Origin: Alphaproteobacteria bacterium
GTDB lineage: Bacteria > Pseudomonadota > Alphaproteobacteria > SP197
Direction: 5' to 3'
Length of the DNA: 64,000 nt
Assembly: GCA_964291265.2 (NCBI GenBank)
Contig: OZ219747.1
Location: forward strand, 2,016,001-2,080,000
Below, piece after piece: positions 22,101-28,947 of this stretch. Numbering within the stretch: the first letter of the stretch is position 1; every line of letters starts with the position of its first letter. A program made the position numbers and the translations under genes. Under the pieces are notes generated by a model. That model worked only from the letters and a program-made list of their open reading frames with translations, was not told where the DNA came from and did no database searches.

Positions 22101-23054
22101 GACACGCAGACGACCGATGGCGGGGTGAAGGGCGTGCACGAGACGACGATCACGTCGGTGCATCCCTATGCGGGGTGGCTGCTGCCGGACGGCTCGACCC
22201 TGTGGGCGAGCCTCGGCTACGGGACCGGCGAGGTGCGGATTGCCGAGGAGGGCGCGCCTTCGCGGACCGCCGACCTGACGCAGTGGAGCGCGTCTGCGGG
22301 CGGCCGCAGCGTCCTGGTCGAGGATGCGGAGCTCATCGAAGGCGGCATGACGCGCCTTGCGGTGAAGGGCGAGGGCGCGCTGGCGCGTCTGCGCACGGGG
22401 TCCGATGACGGACTGGCTGGGCTGACGGCGAGGACGACGCGGCTGCGTCTGCTGCTGGAGGGCTCGTACGAGCACGCGCTGGCGGGCGGCGCGACGCTGA
22501 CGCCGGCGCTGGAGGCGGGGGTGCGCCATGACGGCGGCGACGTTGCCGAGGGGGCGGGCCTCGAGGCCGGTGCGGGCGTGACATGGCAGGACCCGGCGGC
22601 GGGCCTGACGGCGGAGCTGCGCGCGCGGCTCCTGGCGGCGCATGAGGCGGACCGCGACGAGTGGGGGGTGAGCGCGCTTGTGCGCCTCGATCCCGGGGCC
22701 GACGGGCGCGGGACGTTCCTCGCCTTCGGTCCTGCGCACGGGCTCACGGAGAGCGGCCTCGGCCAGTGGTTCGACCACGGTCTGCCCGCGTCTGCATCCG
22801 CCGCGGCGCCGGCAGAGGCGGAGAGCCGCCTTGAGGCCGAGGTGGGGCACGGGTTCGGCCTTGCCGGTCCGGGGCCGCTGGCGGTGCTCACCCCCTGGGC
22901 CGGCTTGAGCCTGGCGGAGACGGGCGGGCGCACCCTGCGGCTCGGCGCGCGCTACCGCATGGGCGCGGGGCTCTCCCTTGGCCTCGAGGGCGCGCACCGG
23001 CCGGGCCCGGCCCCCGAAGACAGCCTCATGCTGCGCGGCGCGCTGCGATGGTAG
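19158..23054 (+). CDS. Autotransporter-type adhesin: 2 fibronectin type III domains, Calx-beta/Ig-like repeats, C-terminal beta-barrel (probable true start ATG 19015, out of frame at C18)
   Basis: Signal ..ARA/Q; two AGNGQVxLxW..HTVTGLxNG..Y.F domains; two LTFTTANW..AQTVTV repeats; barrel VWGRG..GAD..HPY..GVRHDGGD..G.GLE ending in W. Confidence 0.88.
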   Translation: MGALGGTARRLSAGLAALFLIALATALAPKDARAQTPTLTTTAGNGQVTLNWTYTGSGLTGWGYKINGGTYSWAGTPIAIPGSNDSTRSHTVTGLTNGTLYQFIVYAQTATNTAFRQSSEASATPQVPAPTLISDADRTIRTAETTTLVCYNLLSVSHGGVTYLETRQGKTAVTAHSVLSNASLGVEITQAPAGITKGRGVNLNPCVNLGKGTHTVTWSWRGQDGTATAGTTSTTVTITDPAPASKTVTISTASTTITEGDSGKKDVTINIKLGEGTPSRTGFDVEFVADSSTATDNTNVGTTSCSAPSSGADICYPGVFSNNAFANVEFGTNGSFKIGILGDTVDEGTGETVALRLVPNSLARSDGWTQNSNMLILTITDNDVTTTTMTPSAPTGLSAAAGNGQVVLTWSNPNNASITGYKLRHGKTSEKSSATLAAIPSSGAGTTTHTVTGLENGNEYSFRLLAVNSVGDGAETAWVTATPRTPTVAGVTISTAALTVEEGASGAYTVKLDKAPSADVTVTVRGASGDVTVEGSPLTFTTANWNMAQTVTARAAEDPDTAADPDVTLTHSASGGGYGSVTIASVVVSVTENDTPPATTPTPPAADGSVTVTPTALRVSEGSSAAYTVVLDAEPSGDVTVTVGGASGDVTVEPASLTFTTANWDTAQTVTVSAARDEDTTDDTATLTHSASGGGYGSVTIDSVAVTVTDTTLLPVLTLARDPAAVTEGQDIRLAVTADRALTGSLTVRLTLAARNASGFDAGDVPGGLGPRSFDAVFGSAARTTGVVTIPTAADADAEGAEAYRITLNDGPDYAVGSDATAAGVLRDRAPGTVSRANRVNAAVLPHVAAAAMSRTLGAVTDRIEAAASGRPGSSLRFGALPSSPVGYARSARPPRPEERGPTLSEILDGASFTLAAGAGEDEASTPPLAVWGRGEWLSLSGSEDGVSWDGGLWSAQLGADVRVRPDLLAGAALSHARGELDTQTTDGGVKGVHETTITSVHPYAGWLLPDGSTLWASLGYGTGEVRIAEEGAPSRTADLTQWSASAGGRSVLVEDAELIEGGMTRLAVKGEGALARLRTGSDDGLAGLTARTTRLRLLLEGSYEHALAGGATLTPALEAGVRHDGGDVAEGAGLEAGAGVTWQDPAAGLTAELRARLLAAHEADRDEWGVSALVRLDPGADGRGTFLAFGPAHGLTESGLGQWFDHGLPASASAAAPAEAESRLEAEVGHGFGLAGPGPLAVLTPWAGLSLAETGGRTLRLGARYRMGAGLSLGLEGAHRPGPAPEDSLMLRGALRW
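20614..21290 (+). repeat. Two ~100-aa internal repeats of the autotransporter
   Basis: V.EG.S.AYTV.LD..PS.DVTVTV.GASGDVTVE...LTFTTANW..AQTVT..AA.D.DT..D...LTHSASGGGYGSVTI occurs twice. Confidence 0.85.
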
Positions 23055-23355
23055 GAGAACGTCCGGTAGTGGCGCGCCAGGTCTCCGGCACGGCGTTCAT
23101 CGCCTGACCGCGCGGCGCTTGCCGTCAAAGGGCGGGACCGCGCCGCGCCGTCGTTCGGTGACCGGTTGAGTTCCCTCGTGCACCGCGCGCAAGAAGGCGC
23201 CCGGCAAGCATGACCTTTTTTCACGGTCTGGAGGAACGCTTGCCGTCATGCCCTTCGGGCGATGGACCGTTTGTCGGCATGCGCGAGTGTTGATGGCTGC
23301 ATAGAACGGCGGGATTTCGGCGATTTGCCGCGCTTTGTCAGGGTCGTGTTTCTTC

Positions 23356-23447
23356 CCTGTTGTCAGGTCCTATTGTCACGTCCTGTTGTCGTGGGTTCAG
23401 TGTTCGGTTGATTGTCTCACCGAGCGTCGCCGTCTTTTCCTATTGTC
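23356..23447 (+). repeat. CCTRTTGTC direct repeats inside the left end
   Basis: Copies at 23356, 23369 and 23382 (13-bp period) and 23439; an inverted 8/9 copy at 28476-28484. Confidence 0.75.
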
Positions 23448-23772
23448 GTTTTGGTCCGGTTCGGGTTGTTCCGTCGGCCTCTGCTTCGGTCTTGGTGAGG
23501 GTTGCCGGGAGGGTTCCGGTTCCGAGGCACTCGCGGGATCGTCTGTTTTCCCTGTGGTCTGGGTCGCGTTGTCCGGTCCCGGGGCGGCGACTTTGCCGCC
23601 GCCCCGGGTGGATGCTAGATCGGCATCGAAAGAAAGAGCGATGCGATGCCGGGCAGAGTTGTGATGACGACCCCCGGCGCAGCACCCGGACGAGCCGGTC
23701 ACGGGGGACCGAACTCCCGTGTATTGTCGAGCCATTTTGCGTCCGGGTCCACCCCCGCTCTCGAGACGGATC

Positions 23773-24249
23773 GTGTGCACGACGGGACGACTGTTCAACT
23801 GCAAGCGGTGTCAGCGGCAGGTTGTTCTCTGCCGGTCGTGTGACCGGGGGCATGTGTATTGCTCCGATGAGTGCAGGGAGCGGTCCCGGATCGAGCGGCG
23901 CCGCGCGTCGCGTCGTCGCTACCAGAGCACGCTGAGGGGCCGTGAGACGGGCCGTCACCGCCAGCGGCGTTACCGGCTCCGCAAGGCGGAGGAGGCGCGT
24001 GCGTTGAAGGCCAGGGCGGCGATGCTTGCCGAGATCATGGGCACGCAGACGTCTGCTGTGGTGCTGCTTGGCGACGTTCCGGCGGTGTCTGGAGACGCCG
24101 GTTCCGAAGAAATCGTTACGGACCACCCTTCCCGACTGCTGCCGACCTCCCTACCTGCGGTTGTGAAGGCGCAAGAGCGACGCGAATCGCCGCTTCGGTG
24201 CGCCCGTTGCGGACGGGTCGTGACGCATGTGGTGCTGAGGGACCCGTGA
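23773..24249 (+). CDS. Cys-rich putative Zn-binding basic protein upstream of istA
   Basis: CKRC..CRSCDRG.VYCSDEC, Arg-rich helix, C-terminal CARCG; GTG start inferred. Confidence 0.75.
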   Translation: MCTTGRLFNCKRCQRQVVLCRSCDRGHVYCSDECRERSRIERRRASRRRYQSTLRGRETGRHRQRRYRLRKAEEARALKARAAMLAEIMGTQTSAVVLLGDVPAVSGDAGSEEIVTDHPSRLLPTSLPAVVKAQERRESPLRCARCGRVVTHVVLRDP

Positions 24250-24281
24250 TGCGGCGTTGAGGAACCAGAGGGAGGGAGTTC

Positions 24282-25775
24282 ATGGCGATCGACGAGGACA
24301 CGCGGGCGACGATCGTGCGGCTGTCGCGGGCCGAGGGCTGGGCTGTGGGGACGATTGCCCGGCATCTCGGCGTGCACCACGGCACGGTGACGCGGGCGCT
24401 CAAGGCGTCGGGGCAGGAGCGGCGGCCGCGGGCCAAGCTCATCGACCCCTTCGTTGCCTTCCTCGGGGAGCGTCTTGAGGCGTCGCCGGACCTTCCGGCC
24501 AGCACGCTCTGGCGACAGGTCGTGGCTCTGGGCTACCGCGGCGGCGAGGATCACTTCCGTCACGACCTGCGCCGCCTTGGGCTGAGGCCGGTGAAGAGGC
24601 CCGAGCCGTCGCTGCGGCTGAGCTTCCTTCCGGGCGAGCAGGCGCAGGTTGACTGGGCCGAGTTCGGGAAGGTCCGCATCGGCCGGGCGGAGCGCAGGCT
24701 CATGGGGCTTCTCGTCACCCTCAGCTACTCGCGCCAGACTGTCCTGAGCCTGTTCCACGACGCGCGGATGGCCAGCTTCCTGCAAGGCCATGTCGAGGCT
24801 TTCGCGGCATTCGGGGGTGTGCCGCGGAGGCTTCTGTACGACAACCTGAAGAGTGCCGTGGTGACGCGCCGCGGCAAGGCGGTCACCTATCATCCGATGC
24901 TGCTCGGCCTCGCGGCCCACTATGCCTTCGAACCGAGCGCCGCCTGGCCCAGGAGCCCGCAGGAGAAGGGCCGCGTGGAACGCCGTGTGCGCTTCGCGCG
25001 CACCGGGTTCTTCGCCGGGCGCGACATCACGGTCCCGCTCGGCGAGCTCAACGCCGCGGTTCGGGAGTGGTGCTTCGGCGCCGCCGCGGAGCGGCCCTGG
25101 CCGGACGACGACAGTCTCCTGGTGCGGGACGCCTTCGCCCGGGAGAGGGAGCACCTGATCGTCCTTCCCGTCGACCCCTTCCCGCATCACGAGGTCCGCC
25201 CGGTGCGCATCGACAAGACCTGCCACGCCCGCTTCGACACCAACGACTACAGCGTTCCGGGTAGCTTCTCCAAGGCCCTGCTGACGCTGGTCGCCGACCG
25301 CGACGAGGTTCGCATCCTCGACGGCGCCGACGAGGTCGCGCGCCACCGACGCTCCTACGACAGGAAGCAGGCCGTCACCGATCCGGAGCATGCCAGGGCG
25401 ATCGCCGCGGGCAAGCGGCGGGCCCGCTCCATGAGCGTCCGCGACCGGGTCCTGCGCACCGTGCCGCGGGCCGAGGAGATGCTGGCGCGCGCCGGGACCA
25501 ACGGGCGCAACGTGGCCTCCTGCGCCCGGATGCTGGAGACGCTTCTCAACGCGCACGGCGCCGACGCTCTCGACCGGGCTGTCGCCACGGCGCTGGAGCG
25601 CGGCTCGTGCCACCCCGAAACCGTGCGCGTCATCATCGAGGAGCGCCGCCGGGAGCAGGGCCTGCCGCCCCTCAGCATCGCCGACGACGGCCGCGGCGGC
25701 CGTGGCACGACGCCGCGGGGGACCGCTCTCGACGCCTACGACAGGCCCGAAGCCAGCGCCAGGAACAAGACATGA
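24282..25775 (+). CDS. istA: IS21-family DDE transposase
   Basis: N-terminal HTH; PGEQAQVDW, LSYSR, FGGVP..LYDNLKS, PQEKGRVER, F.TNDYSVP; GGGAGG RBS. Confidence 0.95.
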   Translation: MAIDEDTRATIVRLSRAEGWAVGTIARHLGVHHGTVTRALKASGQERRPRAKLIDPFVAFLGERLEASPDLPASTLWRQVVALGYRGGEDHFRHDLRRLGLRPVKRPEPSLRLSFLPGEQAQVDWAEFGKVRIGRAERRLMGLLVTLSYSRQTVLSLFHDARMASFLQGHVEAFAAFGGVPRRLLYDNLKSAVVTRRGKAVTYHPMLLGLAAHYAFEPSAAWPRSPQEKGRVERRVRFARTGFFAGRDITVPLGELNAAVREWCFGAAAERPWPDDDSLLVRDAFAREREHLIVLPVDPFPHHEVRPVRIDKTCHARFDTNDYSVPGSFSKALLTLVADRDEVRILDGADEVARHRRSYDRKQAVTDPEHARAIAAGKRRARSMSVRDRVLRTVPRAEEMLARAGTNGRNVASCARMLETLLNAHGADALDRAVATALERGSCHPETVRVIIEERRREQGLPPLSIADDGRGGRGTTPRGTALDAYDRPEASARNKT

Positions 25776-26473
25776 GCGAGCTCAGGGAGCGTGCCCGGGC
25801 GCTCGGCCTCCACGGGCTCGTCGAACGCTGGGACGAGGTCGCCGGGACCGCATGGATCGAGGAGGTGGTCAGCGGCGAGGAACAGGCCCGCAGGGCCCGC
25901 AGCCACGAGCGCCGCCGCGCCGCGGCGCGGCTGCCCGCCTTCAAGCCCCTGGCGGACTTCGACTGGACATGGCCGCGCGACATCAGCCGGGCTCATGTCG
26001 AAGCGCTCCTCGGCCTCGGCTTCGTCGACCGTGCGGACAACGCCGTGCTCGTCGGCGGGCAGGGCACCGGAAAGACCATGATCGCCGCCAACGTGGCGCA
26101 CCAGGCCCTGCTGCACGGCCACACCGTCCGCTTCGAGAAGGCGCCGGAACTGCTCGAGGCACTCGCCGAGACCGTCTCGCGCAGCGAGCTGCGCCGCCGC
26201 CTCGCGATCCTCGCCAGGCCCCGCCTGCTCGTCCTCGACGAAATCGGCTACGTGACCCTCGAAAGCCACCATGCCGACATCCTCTACGCCATCGTCTCGC
26301 GGCGCTATCAGCGCCGCTCGACCATGGTCACGACAAGCCTCGCCTTCGCCCAGTGGGACCGCGTCTTCCCCAGCGCCTCCGGCATCGCCGGCACCGTCGA
26401 CCGGCTCATGCACGACGCAACCCTCATCTCCATCGACAGCGACTCCTGGCGGCTCAGGCGTGAAACCCGATAA
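25772..26473 (+). CDS. istB: IS21-family AAA+ helper ATPase
   Basis: KPLADFDW, Walker A GGQGTGKT, Walker B LLVLDEIGY, DRLMH, DSWR; ATGA overlap with istA. Confidence 0.95.
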   Translation: MSELRERARALGLHGLVERWDEVAGTAWIEEVVSGEEQARRARSHERRRAAARLPAFKPLADFDWTWPRDISRAHVEALLGLGFVDRADNAVLVGGQGTGKTMIAANVAHQALLHGHTVRFEKAPELLEALAETVSRSELRRRLAILARPRLLVLDEIGYVTLESHHADILYAIVSRRYQRRSTMVTTSLAFAQWDRVFPSASGIAGTVDRLMHDATLISIDSDSWRLRRETR

Positions 26474-27353
26474 ACCCCGCCGCGTCGACTTCGACGCCGT
26501 CAAGCGCATGCCGTTCGAACGCATCGCCGCCGACTGGGGATACGTCCGCGACGAACAGGCCTCGACACGCGCCAACCCCGTCCTGTGCGCACCCGGCCTG
26601 CCGAAGCTCGTCACGAAGTGCCTCAACAACGGACACTGGGTCTACTTCAACACCCAGAACGATGAAGACAACGGAACCGTCATCGACTTCATGCTCAACC
26701 GCGGACTGGCCTTCGCCGACATCTGCACCCGCTTCGCAGCACCCGACGCCGCGCCACGCGACTTCCGCAGCCTCTGGGCCGCGGCAACGCCCGATGCGGC
26801 CCCGGACTGGCTCACCGGGCGCGGCATCCTCCCGGAGACCCTCGACACCTGCCGCCCCCTGGTCCGCCGCGACCACAACGGACGCGTCCTCTTCGCCCAT
26901 CGCAACAGGAAGCGAAAGCTCACCGGCTTCGAGATCGGTCCCCCCGACGGACCGAAACGCTTCGCCACCGGTGGAACCCGAAGCCTGTTCGCCGTCCGCG
27001 CCGGAACCGCCGCGGACCTCGAGGCCCTCGTCATCACCGAAAGCGCCGTCGACGCCCTCAGCCTGGCCCAGATCGACCAATGTCCCCCCAGCCACGCCTT
27101 CCTCTCCACCGCCGGGGCACCCTCGCGAAGACAGCACGAACAGATCAGCCTCGCCGCAAGCAGCCTGCCCAACGTCAGGACCATCGTCCTCGCCCAGGAC
27201 CACGACGAGGCCGGAGAGCGACAGGCCGAAACCCTGCGCAAAAAGATGAAGCTCCCCTCCCACGTCTCGTTCCACAGACGCAGACCGCCGGAAAACGCCG
27301 ACTGGAACGACGTCGTCAACGCCAGGACCAAAGAACCACAAGCGAGATCATGA
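26460..27353 (+). CDS. Toprim-domain primase-like protein (DUF3991/Toprim type, no Zn-finger)
   Basis: DNGTVIDF, WLTGRGI, LVITESAVDALSL, VLAQDHDEAG (DxD), PPENADWND; GTG start overlaps the istB end. Confidence 0.85.
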   Translation: MKPDKPRRVDFDAVKRMPFERIAADWGYVRDEQASTRANPVLCAPGLPKLVTKCLNNGHWVYFNTQNDEDNGTVIDFMLNRGLAFADICTRFAAPDAAPRDFRSLWAAATPDAAPDWLTGRGILPETLDTCRPLVRRDHNGRVLFAHRNRKRKLTGFEIGPPDGPKRFATGGTRSLFAVRAGTAADLEALVITESAVDALSLAQIDQCPPSHAFLSTAGAPSRRQHEQISLAASSLPNVRTIVLAQDHDEAGERQAETLRKKMKLPSHVSFHRRRPPENADWNDVVNARTKEPQARS

Positions 27354-27379
27354 CCACGTCCGTCACAAGGAGACCACTC

Positions 27380-27670
27380 ATGCCCCTCACGCCCGCCGAA
27401 AAGCAGCGGCGATACCGGGAACGGCGCAAGGCCGGCATCCCTCCCGTCCACACCCCAAAGCATCGTGACCGGCGCTCGCGACCGCAACGCTGGAACGACG
27501 CCGTGGCCGAACTGCGCGCCCTGCAGGACGAATGGCGTGACCGCCTCGACAGCATCCCCGAAAGCCTCCGTGACACGCCTTACGGAGAACGCCTGCAGAG
27601 CGTCGCCGATGCCGACATCGAGGCCCTCGAGGACATCGAACCGCCACGCGGCTACGGAAGGGATACGTGA
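27380..27670 (+). CDS. Small basic hypothetical protein (possible DNA-binding)
   Basis: AAGGAG RBS; MPLTPAEKQRRYRER..RSRPQRW..LQDEW..D.IPESL..IEPPRGYGRD; alternative coupled ATG at 27350. Confidence 0.75.
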   Translation: MPLTPAEKQRRYRERRKAGIPPVHTPKHRDRRSRPQRWNDAVAELRALQDEWRDRLDSIPESLRDTPYGERLQSVADADIEALEDIEPPRGYGRDT

Positions 27671-28241
27671 TCCCGCAAGACCCTTGAACGCGGTCACGCG
27701 TTACCATCCAGGAATGAGAACGTCTCACCCCGACGCGCTTCTCAGCCTCCCCGGGGAAACCCCCGGGCCGTCCAAACGACACCGCATCACGAGACTGCCG
27801 CAGCCGCTGGCCGGACTGGCTTACAGGTCGCAGCATCCGCCCGAAAACACTCGACGCCTGCCGCACCCTGCAGGACGAATGGCGTGACCGCCTCGACAGC
27901 ATCCCCGAAAGCCTCCGTGACACGCCTTACGGAGAACGCCTGCAGAGCGTCGCCGATGCCGACATCGAGGCCCTCGAGGACATCGAACCGCCACGCGGCT
28001 ACGGAAGGGATACGTGATCCCGCAAGACCCTTGAACGCGGTCACGCGTTACCATCCAGGAATGAGAACGTCTCACCCCGACGCGCCTCTCAGCCTCCCCG
28101 GGAAACACCCGGGCCGTCCAAACGACACCGCATCACGAGACTGCCGCAGCCGCTGAGCCGCAGCAACGCCCGATCCGCCGCCGGACTGGCTCACAGGTCG
28201 CAGCATCCGCCCGAAAACACTCGACGCCTGCCGCACCCTGC
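27519..28241 (+). repeat. Tandem duplication (347-bp and 370-bp units)
   Basis: The sequence from 27519 recurs almost identically at 27866, with CCCTGC junction microhomology; the first copy lacks 23 bp. Confidence 0.92.
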
Positions 28242-28455
28242 GCCGCCGCAACCGCAACGCACGCAGCCTCTTCGCCCAGCGCAACAGAAACCGTCAGCTC
28301 TCCAGCCTCGAGATCGTCCCGCCCGACGAACCACGACGAGGACGGAGAACGCCAGAACGAAACCACGCGCAAAAGCCTGAAGCTCCCCTCCCACATCACG
28401 TTCCACAAACGCCGAACGCCAGAAAACGCCGACCGGAACGACATCGTCAACGTCA
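28124..28455 (+). pseudogene. Decayed, internally deleted copy of the Toprim gene
   Basis: Aligns to ~26744-26953 joined to ~27197-27323 at a GGACC microhomology. Confidence 0.85.
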
Positions 28456-28947
28456 ATGCAAGACCAATGGGATCCAACAATAGGCAGAAAACAAAGACCG
28501 GGCGGACCTTCGTCCAATGCCGCACGTTCTCCTGTCGTGGTCACCCACTCACACGATCAGCGCCCAAAAGAGCGGTTCTCCGCCAATATCCCGCCGTTCT
28601 AAATCGCCGCCGACACGCGAGCCGGCAACGCCTCATTTCGGATCGATCCGGTCTCGGGCCGCTATCTGGAAACAGGCTTGATTTGCCGAAGGCCGGAAAA
28701 ACCAGTAAAATCAAGTCCGTATAGAAGGTTCAAAATATCCCGCAACATTGGGGGCAAGGACATGGCCTGAAGGCGTGGGTTGCGTTGGAGGATACCATGT
28801 TTTGGCCAGGCAGGGCGGAGCTTCGAAGAGCCGAGCCTTGTTCATGGCGGCATGGGAAAGGTCTGTCAGGCGGCCGGTCGAGATCGAGGGGCGACGGGCA
28901 GGCATCGGGCAATGCGGCGGCCCGTCGTCTGCACGAATCGGGTCATG

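Larger units (their letters stand above)
23288..28615 (+). mobile_element. IS21-family element, 5328 bp, with extra genes (Cys-rich ORF, Toprim/primase-like ORF, small ORF)
   Basis: TG...CA ends; IRs 23288-23322 / 28581-28615 (26/35, perfect core TAGAACGGCGGGAT); 6-bp TSD CGCGAG at 23282-23287 and 28616-28621. Confidence 0.92.

Noticed and set aside
23356-23447. Short repeats as a CRISPR array
   Set aside because: 9-bp units with 4-bp gaps, and no cas genes.
26744-28455. Toprim gene and its A-enriched copy as a DGR VR/TR pair
   Set aside because: About a third of the differences are not at adenines of the copy, it has indels and a large deletion, and no reverse transcriptase is present in the window.
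17116-28615. Composite transposon carrying the adhesin
   Set aside because: The two IS are different families and each has its own TSD, so they inserted independently.
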